Assembly: GCA_030639665.1 (NCBI GenBank)
Contig: DAOWCC010000002.1
Location: 1-37,605 of the forward strand
DNA from: Elusimicrobiota bacterium
Lineage (GTDB): Bacteria > Elusimicrobiota > Elusimicrobia > Elusimicrobiales > UBA9959
DNA length: 37,605 nucleotides
Direction: 5' to 3'
In this document: piece by piece, positions 10,087-18,636 of the stretch
How the letters are laid out: each line of letters starts with the position of its first letter
Numbering within the stretch: the first letter of the stretch is position 1
Notes under the pieces: generated by a model
What the model was told of the DNA's origin: nothing
What the model saw: the letters and a program-made list of their open reading frames with translations, nothing else
Database searches by the model: none
Program-made: the position numbers and the translations under genes

Positions 10087-10638
10087 TTATCCGCTATATT
10101 GATACGACGTTAAAACGAAATTAACATTAATCGTATAGTCATCGGATTTTGCCGCTGTTATCGAAACATTTTCCATGGTAAGAATTCTTTCCTCAAGAGC
10201 TAAAGCCGTCAGAAACCTACCCAGAGAGTGATAAGAGGAGGTCAAGGTAATATTGTAAGCGACTTTTGTAAAATATCGCTCTTTTTTCGCGACGGAAGGA
10301 TTTATTCTGCTTATAGAAATATTGTGTTTTTTACTCAAATAGGTCAACATCCGTATTAAATCGGGAACTTTTTTCTCTTTTGGAAGCTTTTTTTGAGCCG
10401 CTTCTTTTTGAACCACCAAGCCGGCCAATTTTTTTTCAAGATTCTTGTACTGCGCTTTTTTAACCCTAGCCTTGGTTATATCTTTTTCTATAGTCGCGAC
10501 TTTTTTCGTATTCTCGGTTATTTTCTTCGACAAAGGAAGCCAAAAATAAGCGACATAAAAATATCCGAAAATACCGGCAAAAAAGAGGCCGGCCACAAGT
10601 TGAGTTATTTGGTCTTTAGTCAGTTTTATTTCTTTCAT
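10087..10638 (-). CDS. pilO: Type IV pilus assembly protein PilO
   Basis: Single N-terminal TM, coiled coil, C-terminal ferredoxin-like part (SYHSLGRFLTALALEERIL). Position after pilN. Confidence 0.8.
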   Translation of the reverse strand: MKEIKLTKDQITQLVAGLFFAGIFGYFYVAYFWLPLSKKITENTKKVATIEKDITKARVKKAQYKNLEKKLAGLVVQKEAAQKKLPKEKKVPDLIRMLTYLSKKHNISISRINPSVAKKERYFTKVAYNITLTSSYHSLGRFLTALALEERILTMENVSITAAKSDDYTINVNFVLTSYQYSG

Positions 10639-10641
10639 AAA

Positions 10642-11193
10642 TTATTTACGAACATATTTGGTTTTAATGGGAGAGCTAAAAGTATTCCCCTCTTCAGATT
10701 CCTTTATTGAAAAGGCCCCCATTTCAACCTCTGAATATTTTTTGTCGCTTTCAAGCAAATTAACCCAATAGGCCAAATCATAAGCCGACCTTGATTGGAG
10801 AGCAAAACTCAAACTCAACACATCCCCTTTTAAATCGGTTTTAATGCTCTTAAACCATATGGTTTCAGGCAAATCAACAAGCAAATCCTGCATGAAATAT
10901 GTATAAATAAATCTGGTTTTGGTTATTTGATTAATGGCGCTTAAATATCTCTCCACTTCGCTAATTTGAGCTTCTATGTCATTTACTTTTTGAAGATCTT
11001 TTTGAAGGGATTTCAATTCCGTTTGTTTTTCAACAAGCAAGGTATCAAGATTTTTAGCTCTTGTGGCATGCCAAAGAGAAACAAAAGCTATACAAGCAAT
11101 AACCGCGATAGCGACAAGAACCACTTTCGCCACCAGCATCTTGCGGTTTATACTATCTATATATTCGGCGGGAATAAGGTTTATTTTTATCAT
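10642..11193 (-). CDS. pilN: Type IV pilus assembly protein PilN
   Basis: N-terminal INLIP motif (PilN INLLP), one TM, coiled coil. Start overlaps the pilM stop. Confidence 0.8.
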   Translation of the reverse strand: MIKINLIPAEYIDSINRKMLVAKVVLVAIAVIACIAFVSLWHATRAKNLDTLLVEKQTELKSLQKDLQKVNDIEAQISEVERYLSAINQITKTRFIYTYFMQDLLVDLPETIWFKSIKTDLKGDVLSLSFALQSRSAYDLAYWVNLLESDKKYSEVEMGAFSIKESEEGNTFSSPIKTKYVRK

Positions 11194-12299
11194 TATTCCC
11201 AGTCCTTTAATTTTCTGAGCGCGAGTCCGGTCGCCACAGCCAAGGCGGGCAAGACATCCTTAGGTATATTTTTGGTTTGTTCCGCCAAAGGAGCGAGCGG
11301 ATTTAAAATTTCCACAGGCACCTTAAACTTTTCCGATATGTATTTACTGATATTTCCCAAGTTGGACATACCGCCGGTAAGAATTATTCTTGAAATTGAT
11401 TGCTCCACACCTTGTGAAAGATAAAAATCTATGGAACGGGAAATCTCCGTGTATAAATCCTGCAATACCGCGTGAGAGGCTTTGGACACGCCCAAATATT
11501 CTTTATCATAATCTTCTATCGCGCCCTCTTTATCCTCAACAGACAAAAGAACGCCCTTCTGTTTCTTAAGTTCGCCCGCGGCATCTATTTCCACTTTAAA
11601 ACTTTTGCTTATGGCCTTGTCAAAAGACGCTCCGGCTATAAAAATATCCCGGACAACTCTTGTTGTACCTTTAGCAATTATTGAAAGATTTGTGACTTTA
11701 TGTCCGATATTGAGAAAAAGAATAGCCGCATCCGAAACTTCGGGATTATGCCATTCATAAAGCGATTCCAAAGCGAAAGCGTCCACATCTATAATGATGG
11801 GATCGAGACCCGCGTCCGAAAGAACCTCTATTTTACTATCCACAACATCTTTTTTCGCGGCTACGAGAACCGTTTCCATTTTTGGCTGGCCTTCTTCCGT
11901 AATATCGTTTAAAGGCCAACAGGTTAGATTAACATCATTTATATCAAACGGAATAAAAGGCTCAGCTTCCACATGAAGCGTAAGCGCCAATTCTTTCTTT
12001 GATAATTTGGGTAATTTTACATAGCGCACTATTACGGAATTGCCCGAAATTGACGCGGCGGCAAATTTAAATTGAATGCCTTTCTTTTTTAAATATTTTT
12101 TTATTTCTTCGGAAACAAAGACTTTTTTCTCTTCGGGGGTGATATCGGGAGGAAAATCCAAAGGTATATAACCCCAATCTTTAAGCTTGATTACTTTCTT
12201 TTCTTCAACAAAAGAAACCAACTTTACGGCGTAATTGCCGATATCAATACCGATGATTCCTTTTTGCGGAAATAAGCTTTTTGCGATATTCAAATCCAT
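11193..12299 (-). CDS. pilM: Type IV pilus assembly ATPase-fold protein PilM
   Basis: Actin-like fold motifs (GIDIGNYAVKLV, ILTGGMSNL). GGAGGA Shine-Dalgarno upstream. First gene of pilMNOPQ. Confidence 0.9.
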   Translation of the reverse strand: MDLNIAKSLFPQKGIIGIDIGNYAVKLVSFVEEKKVIKLKDWGYIPLDFPPDITPEEKKVFVSEEIKKYLKKKGIQFKFAAASISGNSVIVRYVKLPKLSKKELALTLHVEAEPFIPFDINDVNLTCWPLNDITEEGQPKMETVLVAAKKDVVDSKIEVLSDAGLDPIIIDVDAFALESLYEWHNPEVSDAAILFLNIGHKVTNLSIIAKGTTRVVRDIFIAGASFDKAISKSFKVEIDAAGELKKQKGVLLSVEDKEGAIEDYDKEYLGVSKASHAVLQDLYTEISRSIDFYLSQGVEQSISRIILTGGMSNLGNISKYISEKFKVPVEILNPLAPLAEQTKNIPKDVLPALAVATGLALRKLKDWE

Positions 12300-12471
12300 T
12301 TATTTAAAGTATTCCTCCACTTTCCCTGTAACGCGATTACCCTCGTTTGCAAAAAGATATTTCCAAACTTAGGCAAATTCAAGTAACAGTATATTATTAT
12401 TACAGGTAAATTGCGATTTGTCAAGGCTTTTTAGGATGAAACGCTCGTTATTTTTTTATACAATCTATATT

Positions 12472-13182
12472 ATGAAAGCCATATTTTTTGATTTCGGCGG
12501 AACATTGGATTCAAACGCCATTCCCTGGAGGCAAAATTTTTATTCAATATATAAACGAGAATTTAAAACTCTCGACGAAGAAACCTTTGCCAAAGCTTTT
12601 TTTGATTCGGATGACAACCTTCATCTCCGCCATGATTTATCAAAAGCGAATCTTGAGAAAACGGTCCGGCTTCAAGTCATGGATGTTTTTAATTTTTTAA
12701 AAATTAAAGACATCCGCGCAGCTGAAAAAATAATAAAAACATTTATAGACAATTCAAGAAAATATTTTCAATATTCCATACCAATTCTTGAAAACCTGAA
12801 ATCAAAAGGTTTAAAGCTTGGAATAATTTCAAATTTCTACGGCAATCTTCAACCGATACTTGAAGGTGAAAACCTTCTAAAATACTTTGACGCGGTGGCG
12901 GACTCCTGGCAAGTGGGTTTTATAAAACCTGATCGGGAAATATTTGAGTGGGCGCTAAAAAAAACAAATACCACCGCTCAAGAATCCGCCATGGTGGGAG
13001 ATTCCGCCCATCGAGACATGAAGGGCGCCGCTCTCATGGGCATGCCGCATTTTTGGCTTTGCGGAGATAACAATAAAGAAGATTTTAAACTTTCTTATCC
13101 GAAAGCCATTATCTTAAACAATCTCAACGAACTTCCGAATAAATTGGAAAATCTCAAAACTCAAATAACAAATCGTAAATAA
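12472..13182 (+). CDS. HAD-superfamily hydrolase (subfamily IA-like)
   Basis: Motif I FFDFGGTLD sits at the N-terminus if translation starts at ATG 12472. The track ORF from TTG 12418 adds an implausible leader. Motif IV is VGDSAHRDMKGA. Confidence 0.75.
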   Translation: MKAIFFDFGGTLDSNAIPWRQNFYSIYKREFKTLDEETFAKAFFDSDDNLHLRHDLSKANLEKTVRLQVMDVFNFLKIKDIRAAEKIIKTFIDNSRKYFQYSIPILENLKSKGLKLGIISNFYGNLQPILEGENLLKYFDAVADSWQVGFIKPDREIFEWALKKTNTTAQESAMVGDSAHRDMKGAALMGMPHFWLCGDNNKEDFKLSYPKAIILNNLNELPNKLENLKTQITNRK

Positions 13183-13248
13183 TATGCAAATTCCAATATA
13201 CAAAACTTTAAAATTTCACTTCCTCTACGCGAAAAAAGAGGCGCTGAG

Positions 13249-13965
13249 GTGATAAAACACGCGGGAATTTTTGCGGCGGGACACGGGTCAAGGCTTAAAA
13301 AAGCTTTCCCTAACTTAATTAAGCCGATAATCCCAATTAGAAAAAAACCTCTCATAGAGTGGATGTTAAAACTTTTAAAAGAGGCGGGCTTTAATAAAGT
13401 AACTATTCTCTTTAATAGCCGCGGCGAAGAAGCCATTCGCTATTTAAATACTCTCAATGATTTTAAAGGTGATTTGGATTTTATCGTAAAAGACACCGAA
13501 TCATCATGGGAAAGCTTTTCTCTTTTATCAAAAGAGATGGCAAAAAAATCCGAAAACTTTCTGCTTACCACAGTGGACTCTTTTTATAAGCCCGAAGAAC
13601 TTAAAGGCCTTGTGAACGCGCAAAGCAAAACAAAAGCGGACCTCGTGCTCGGCATAACAAATAAAATCCACGATGAGAAACCTCTTTACTCTGACATTGA
13701 ACCCTCTGGAAGAATTATAAACATAGGCCATTCTTGCATGCAAAAGGAATATATAACATCAGGCTTATATTTGGTCTCAAAAACTCTTGCCGATAAGATG
13801 CCTGAGGCGGAAACATTTCCCGCTTTAAGATATTATCTCGCGAATATTGTTTTGCAAAATAAAAAAATCTGGTCGCATAAAATTTCAGCAAGCGTGGATG
13901 TTGACGACGCGTCAGATATTCTTCTCGCTGAAGATTTTATTGACGAATATTTAAGCTTACAGTAG
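13249..13965 (+). CDS. Nucleotidyltransferase (sugar-/alcohol-phosphate NTP-transferase fold)
   Basis: N-terminal GxGxRL signature (AAGHGSRLKK...KPIIPI). GTG start preceded by AAGAGG. Confidence 0.7.
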   Translation: MIKHAGIFAAGHGSRLKKAFPNLIKPIIPIRKKPLIEWMLKLLKEAGFNKVTILFNSRGEEAIRYLNTLNDFKGDLDFIVKDTESSWESFSLLSKEMAKKSENFLLTTVDSFYKPEELKGLVNAQSKTKADLVLGITNKIHDEKPLYSDIEPSGRIINIGHSCMQKEYITSGLYLVSKTLADKMPEAETFPALRYYLANIVLQNKKIWSHKISASVDVDDASDILLAEDFIDEYLSLQ

Positions 13966-14052
13966 CATTCTGTAATACAAACACTCATCATAATGCTAAA
14001 ATATTTATATTACGCGGGGGTTCCAGCGCCCCCTCATTAGGAGAAAAGATTT

Positions 14053-14904
14053 ATGAGTTTTAAATGCCTTGGTATTTTCCGTGAAAAAACAAATTCCCCA
14101 AACAGGGAAAACGATGATACCTTAATACTCAAAGGAGTGACGGAGGAATTATCACACCTTGGCGCCGAAACTCATTTAATAGAACCTGAAAGCATAGATA
14201 CCATTAATCCCAAGGACTGGGATGTCATTCTGCCTATGTGCGAGAATCTCCCAAATATTTCAAAACTTGCCGAATGGAAAGATAATTACCTCATAAATCC
14301 CGTGGATTCGGTTTTAAATTGCTATCGCAATAAAATGACTGATATACTGCAAAAAGAATCTTCGCCTTTCTATCCAAAAACGGAAAAAAAACTTATGGAA
14401 AATTTTCCGGGCGATATCCCGCCGATTTTTTTTACCGAGAAAGGCTGTTGGGTAAAAAGAGGAGATGTTCACAATACCTGCACTCATGATGTGCATTTTG
14501 TTAAAGATTGGAATGATTGCAAAAAAGTAAAAACAGATTTTGAGTCCAGAAATATAAAATCCGTTGTCATTCAAGATCATGTCCCGGGAGATTTAATAAA
14601 ATTCTACGGCATTGGACCGTATAAATGGTTTGATTGGTTTTACCACAGACCTCAAGAACTTTCCAATTTTAAGTTTGATTTAAAAGATTTGGAAAAAGCC
14701 GCCGGAGAAATCGCCAAATCCATGGACCTTGAAGTTTATGGCGGAGACGCGATAATAACACCTGAAAGTGAAATTTTCGTAATAGATATAAATAGCTGGC
14801 CAAGTTTTGCCAGAGTAAGAGATGAAGCTAAAGTTCATATAGCCGAACATATTTATTCAAAAAGAACTATAAACACCACACAGGAGCAGACTACGCTGAA
14901 GTGA
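14053..14904 (+). CDS. ATP-grasp-like enzyme (weak assignment)
   Basis: 283 aa. C-terminal half resembles ATP-grasp (VVIQDHVPGDLIKFYGIG...YGGDAIITPESEIFVIDINSWPSF). AGGAGA RBS. Confidence 0.45.
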   Translation: MSFKCLGIFREKTNSPNRENDDTLILKGVTEELSHLGAETHLIEPESIDTINPKDWDVILPMCENLPNISKLAEWKDNYLINPVDSVLNCYRNKMTDILQKESSPFYPKTEKKLMENFPGDIPPIFFTEKGCWVKRGDVHNTCTHDVHFVKDWNDCKKVKTDFESRNIKSVVIQDHVPGDLIKFYGIGPYKWFDWFYHRPQELSNFKFDLKDLEKAAGEIAKSMDLEVYGGDAIITPESEIFVIDINSWPSFARVRDEAKVHIAEHIYSKRTINTTQEQTTLK

Positions 14905-14954
14905 GATGTTGCTACGGACGCCTCACGGCGAACACAAAACAAGAAACTGATATT

Positions 14955-14962
14955 TGTATAAT
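14955..14962 (+). promoter_or_regulatory. Extended -10 promoter element TGTATAAT (repeat copy 1)
   Basis: Perfect TGnTATAAT match inside the duplicated unit. Confidence 0.4.
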
Positions 14963-15085
14963 ATTCTTGGAGATTTACCTAAGTTTAAACTAAAAACCTA
15001 TAACTAAGCCGGGAGAGCAGACTACGCTGAAGTGAGATGTTGCTACGGACGCCTCACGGCGAACACAAAACAAGAAACTGATATT

Positions 15086-15093
15086 TGTATAAT
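15086..15093 (+). promoter_or_regulatory. Extended -10 promoter element TGTATAAT (repeat copy 2), about 65 nt upstream of the aminotransferase ATG
   Basis: Perfect TGnTATAAT match, followed by a hairpin and a GGGAGAG RBS. Confidence 0.45.
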
Positions 15094-15157
15094 ATTCTTA
15101 AGAGATTTACTTAAAGTTTAAACTAAAAACCTATAACTAAGCCGGGAGAGCTACCAA

Positions 15158-16516
15158 ATGAAAACAGAAGAAAAAATTTCACACAATCAAAATAAAGATG
15201 TTTTTCAAGCCGGACCGAAATCAAAAGCTATTTTTAAAGATGAACAAAAATATATAGCTCCCGGCGTTCAAAGCATAGGGCTTTTTTCCGAGCTTGTAAT
15301 GGAAAAAGGAGAAGGCTCAACTTTTATAGATGTGGACGGAAATAAATATATCGATATGTACGCGGGCGTTGGAGTTGCAAGTTTAGGACACGGACTTAAA
15401 GGTTATGCCAAAGCTATAAGCGACCAAGTTACAAAAATAAATACCGGCAGCTTTAGCACGCAGCAACGACGGGATTATTGTAAAACAATAAGCGAAGTCG
15501 CTCCGGGAAACTTAAATAGGATACAGCTTTATTCAAGCGGAGCCGAAGCGGTTGAAGCGGCCATAAGACTCGCGAAAAGCTATACAAAAAACAATGAGAT
15601 AGTGGGCTTTTGGGGAGGCTTTCACGGAAAGACCGGAACGGTAATAGGTTTGCTCGATACTTTTAAAAGAGAAATGGGGCCTGTGATGAGCGGCGTGCAC
15701 AGCGTGCCATACGCTTATTGCTATCAATGCCCTTTTAAAATGAAACTTTCCACTTGCGATCTTTTTTGCGTTGATTACATAAAAAAGGCACTTAAACAAT
15801 CAAGCGCGGGAAAGATAGCCGCTTTCCTTATAGAGCCGATTCAAGGAACAAATGGAAATGTGGTTCCTCCTCCGGGCTTTCTTAAAGCCGTTCAGGAAAT
15901 AGCTAAAGAAGAAGGCGCTCTTATTATAGCCGATGAAATGATTACCGGCTTTGGAAGAACCGGCAAAATGTTTGCCGTTGAACATGAAGATTTGGTTCCC
16001 GATATAATAACCGTGGGTAAAGGCATGGGAAACGGATTTCCCGTAAGCGGACTTATATCTTCCGATGAAATAATAAATGCCAAACCCTTTTCCAACCCCA
16101 GCGGCAGTTCATCAAGCTATGGAGGAAACCCCTTGACGTCCACAGCCGTTAATACAACCTTAAACACCATCATAGATGATAAGCTTGTGGAACATTCCAA
16201 AACCCTCGGCGAATTTATGATGAATAAATTAAAAGGCATGCAGGAAAAATACCGCTTTATCGGTGATGTGAGAGGCAGAGGCATGATGATAGGCGTTGAA
16301 TTGGTAAAAAACAGAGACACCAGAGAAAATCTGGAGAAACATATTACCCGCGCTCTTTTTGATGAATGTCTTAAACGGGGAGTGATGTCTATGTGTTATA
16401 CCCACTCAATCAGAATAAATCCCCCTCTTGTAATAACAAAAGAAGAAGCTGAAAAAGCTCTTGATATATTGGATGAATCTTTCGGCGTGATAGCTAAAAG
16501 ATTTAACCTTAATTGA
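15158..16516 (+). CDS. Class III pyridoxal-phosphate-dependent aminotransferase
   Basis: Motifs GFWGGFHGKT, DEMITGFGRTGKMFA, and the PLP-lysine region TVGKGMGNGFPVS. Confidence 0.85.
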   Translation: MKTEEKISHNQNKDVFQAGPKSKAIFKDEQKYIAPGVQSIGLFSELVMEKGEGSTFIDVDGNKYIDMYAGVGVASLGHGLKGYAKAISDQVTKINTGSFSTQQRRDYCKTISEVAPGNLNRIQLYSSGAEAVEAAIRLAKSYTKNNEIVGFWGGFHGKTGTVIGLLDTFKREMGPVMSGVHSVPYAYCYQCPFKMKLSTCDLFCVDYIKKALKQSSAGKIAAFLIEPIQGTNGNVVPPPGFLKAVQEIAKEEGALIIADEMITGFGRTGKMFAVEHEDLVPDIITVGKGMGNGFPVSGLISSDEIINAKPFSNPSGSSSSYGGNPLTSTAVNTTLNTIIDDKLVEHSKTLGEFMMNKLKGMQEKYRFIGDVRGRGMMIGVELVKNRDTRENLEKHITRALFDECLKRGVMSMCYTHSIRINPPLVITKEEAEKALDILDESFGVIAKRFNLN

Positions 16517-16518
16517 TT

Positions 16519-17532
16519 ATGAATAAAATGAAAGGCGCGATTATAGGATTCGGCGAAGTGGTTAAAAAAGCCCATGTTCCGGCTTTTGCTGATCATAAAG
16601 AAAGTTTTGAAATTATTGCCGTGGTTGATACCAATCTTGAAACATTGAATCAAGCCGAAAAATATTTTCCAAATGCCGCTAAATATTCCTCTCTTGAAGA
16701 ACTTCTCACCAATGAAAAGAACCTTGATTTTGTGGATATCGCAAGCCCGCCAATGATTCACGCCAAACTTATAAAGCAAGTTCTCAATGCAAATCTTCAT
16801 GTTTTATGCGAAAAACCCCTTGTGCTTGATACACAAGAGTTTGAAGAAATTAAAAAACTCTCAACAGAAAAAAACTTATGCTTATTTACGGTGCATAATT
16901 GGAAAAATTCCCCTCAAATGCTTAAAATAAAAGAAATACTGGACTCCAATGTTCTTGGAAATATCCATTATGGAGAATTAGACACCTTAAGACAAAGGCC
17001 TTCCATAAGCTCGCTTAAAGGCTGGCGCAAAGACCCAAAGCTCTCGGGCGGCGGCATACTGATTGATCATGGCTGGCATGTTTTCTATCTGATAACGAAT
17101 ATGCTGCGCAAAACGCCCTTATCCATATCGGCCAAACTTGAAATGTCAAAAGAAGAAAACCCCGTGGATGAAATAGCCAATTGCAAAATACATTTTGACA
17201 ATGCCAGCGCCACAATGCATCTCTCATGGAAAAGCCCCGTAAGAAAGAATACCGCCGCCATTTACGGCGATAAAGGACTGTTGCTATTTAATGACAATAA
17301 TATAGTCCTTGAAAGCCAAGACGGAAAAAAAGAAATAAAATTTGAAACCGGCTTATCTCAAGGCTCCGCCCACCCCGAGTGGATGACATCACTTTTGGGA
17401 GATTTTCTGGAAGAACTGGAAAAACCGGAAATACGCCTGGCAAACTTAAAAGAGGCCGAGACCTGCTTAAAACTTATAAAAGGCGCCTTAAAATCACATT
17501 CAAACAACTATTCAGCCATTGAAATTAATTAA
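16519..17532 (+). CDS. Gfo/Idh/MocA family NAD(P)-dependent oxidoreductase
   Basis: N-terminal Rossmann motif (KGAIIGFGEV), EKPL motif (LCEKPLVL). Start is ambiguous (TTG 16513, ATG 16519 or ATG 16528). Abuts or overlaps the aminotransferase stop. Confidence 0.8.
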   Translation: MNKMKGAIIGFGEVVKKAHVPAFADHKESFEIIAVVDTNLETLNQAEKYFPNAAKYSSLEELLTNEKNLDFVDIASPPMIHAKLIKQVLNANLHVLCEKPLVLDTQEFEEIKKLSTEKNLCLFTVHNWKNSPQMLKIKEILDSNVLGNIHYGELDTLRQRPSISSLKGWRKDPKLSGGGILIDHGWHVFYLITNMLRKTPLSISAKLEMSKEENPVDEIANCKIHFDNASATMHLSWKSPVRKNTAAIYGDKGLLLFNDNNIVLESQDGKKEIKFETGLSQGSAHPEWMTSLLGDFLEELEKPEIRLANLKEAETCLKLIKGALKSHSNNYSAIEIN

Positions 17533-17572
17533 ACATTTAACAGTAGGATATAATTAATATATAATAAAGATA

Positions 17573-17602
17573 TTGAACTATATTATAGTTTTGTGTTATT
17601 AT
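17573..17602 (+). promoter_or_regulatory. Sigma70-type promoter: TTGAAC-N18-(TGt)TATTAT
   Basis: -35 TTGAAC at 17573-17578. Extended -10 TGtTATTAT ends at 17602. Predicted start site falls just before the palindrome. Confidence 0.5.
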
Positions 17603-17606
17603 GGGG

Positions 17607-17633
17607 TTTAGGTTCTGTATCACAGAACCTAAA
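17607..17633. promoter_or_regulatory. Perfect 12-bp inverted repeat TTTAGGTTCTGT-atc-ACAGAACCTAAA (operator or 5' leader hairpin)
   Basis: Arms are exact reverse complements. Lies between the predicted -10 and the GGAGGA RBS of the 54-aa gene. Confidence 0.6.
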
Positions 17634-17649
17634 GTACTTGGAGGAAACA

Positions 17650-17814
17650 ATGATTATTGAAAGAACCGAATATAAAGGACAGCCCGTGCTGATTCTTAAA
17701 AGAAATGAAAATGACAGATATCCGTTCTCATTTGGCATGTCCAAAGCAAGAATGATATTGGAAGCGATTGAAGATATTAAAAAATTCGTCGCCGAAAACG
17801 AACCTAAAGACTAG
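17650..17814 (+). CDS. Small hypothetical protein (54 aa)
   Basis: ATG 17650 is preceded by GGAGGA at optimal spacing. The track ORF from 17593 would begin inside the palindrome. Sequence: MIIERTEYKGQPVLILKRNENDRYPFSFGMSKARMILEAIEDIKKFV... Confidence 0.6.
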   Translation: MIIERTEYKGQPVLILKRNENDRYPFSFGMSKARMILEAIEDIKKFVAENEPKD

Positions 17815-17837
17815 CAATTAGCTTTAGACCTTGAAAA

Positions 17838-18533
17838 ATGCCGACTAAAACCGAAAAAGTTATTTCCGGTTTTTATGACGGCATTTTTCATTTTTACGAA
17901 GCCGCGAATATTTTTTTAACCTTCGGCCTTATCCGCTTATGGAGGAATCGGGCCGCTCGCATAGCCTTAAAACACAATCCGGCCTTATGCCTTGACTTAT
18001 GCTGCGGAACAGGCGATTTTACAATCCTGCTGGATAAGCTATCCATCAATAAAACCAAAATAATCGGCCTTGATTTAAATTCTTCCATGCTCGCGAAGGC
18101 CTCCAAAAGAACAAATCTCTCTTTCATTTTAGGCAGCGCGCGGGAAATTCCTTTTAAGGGGAATCACTTTGATCTTGTCACTATTTCATTTGCCTCAAGA
18201 AATATAAATATTGATAGGGATTTTTTTATTGCCGCGCTTAAAGAAATAAAAAGAGTTTTAAAGCCGGGAGGAGTTTTTATAAACCTTGAAACAAGCCACC
18301 CCGAAAATGCTTTTATCCATAAAATCTTTCTAGCTTATACAAAAACCATAATTTACATCTTAAGATTATTTTCTCCTAAAAACGCCAAAGCCTATCTTTT
18401 TCTTTCAAACTCAATAGCCTCCTTTTATAATGCAAAAGAACTTTCCGAAATTCTTCTGGAAGCCGGATTTAAAAAACCGGAATTTACATATCTGTTTTTT
18501 GGCGCCGCCGCCATTCATAAAACGACAAAATAA
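17838..18533 (+). CDS. ubiE: Demethylmenaquinone/ubiquinone methyltransferase (UbiE/MenG family, class I SAM MTase)
   Basis: UbiE-like N-terminus (YD..F..YE..N..LTFGLIRLWR) and SAM motif I LDLCCGTGDFT. Confidence 0.7.
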   Translation: MPTKTEKVISGFYDGIFHFYEAANIFLTFGLIRLWRNRAARIALKHNPALCLDLCCGTGDFTILLDKLSINKTKIIGLDLNSSMLAKASKRTNLSFILGSAREIPFKGNHFDLVTISFASRNINIDRDFFIAALKEIKRVLKPGGVFINLETSHPENAFIHKIFLAYTKTIIYILRLFSPKNAKAYLFLSNSIASFYNAKELSEILLEAGFKKPEFTYLFFGAAAIHKTTK

Positions 18534-18636
18534 AGCGACCTTCTTCTCCTCATTGCAATAGGCCTAAATACTCATAAAAAGATGGGACCTTGGTTACTGG
18601 TGGACCAATTTGATGGGTGCTATACTTTTACTACAT

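Larger units (their letters stand above)
14884..15150. repeat. Two-copy tandem direct duplication (about 131 and 133 bp) of the ATP-grasp 3' end plus the intergenic region
   Basis: 14884-15014 recurs at 15015-15148. The copies are identical by eye except for a cluster of changes at 14966-14983 vs 15097-15116. Copy 1 includes the last 21 nt and the TGA of the upstream CDS. Confidence 0.95.

Noticed and set aside
14884-15150. Possible CRISPR-like or minisatellite array
   Set aside because: There are only two long (131-bp) directly abutting units without spacers. This is a simple tandem duplication. No CRISPR repeats occur anywhere in the window.
16396-16800. 134-aa minus-strand ORF spanning the aminotransferase/oxidoreductase junction
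   Set aside because: It is antisense to two strongly supported, translationally coupled genes and has no motif or RBS support.
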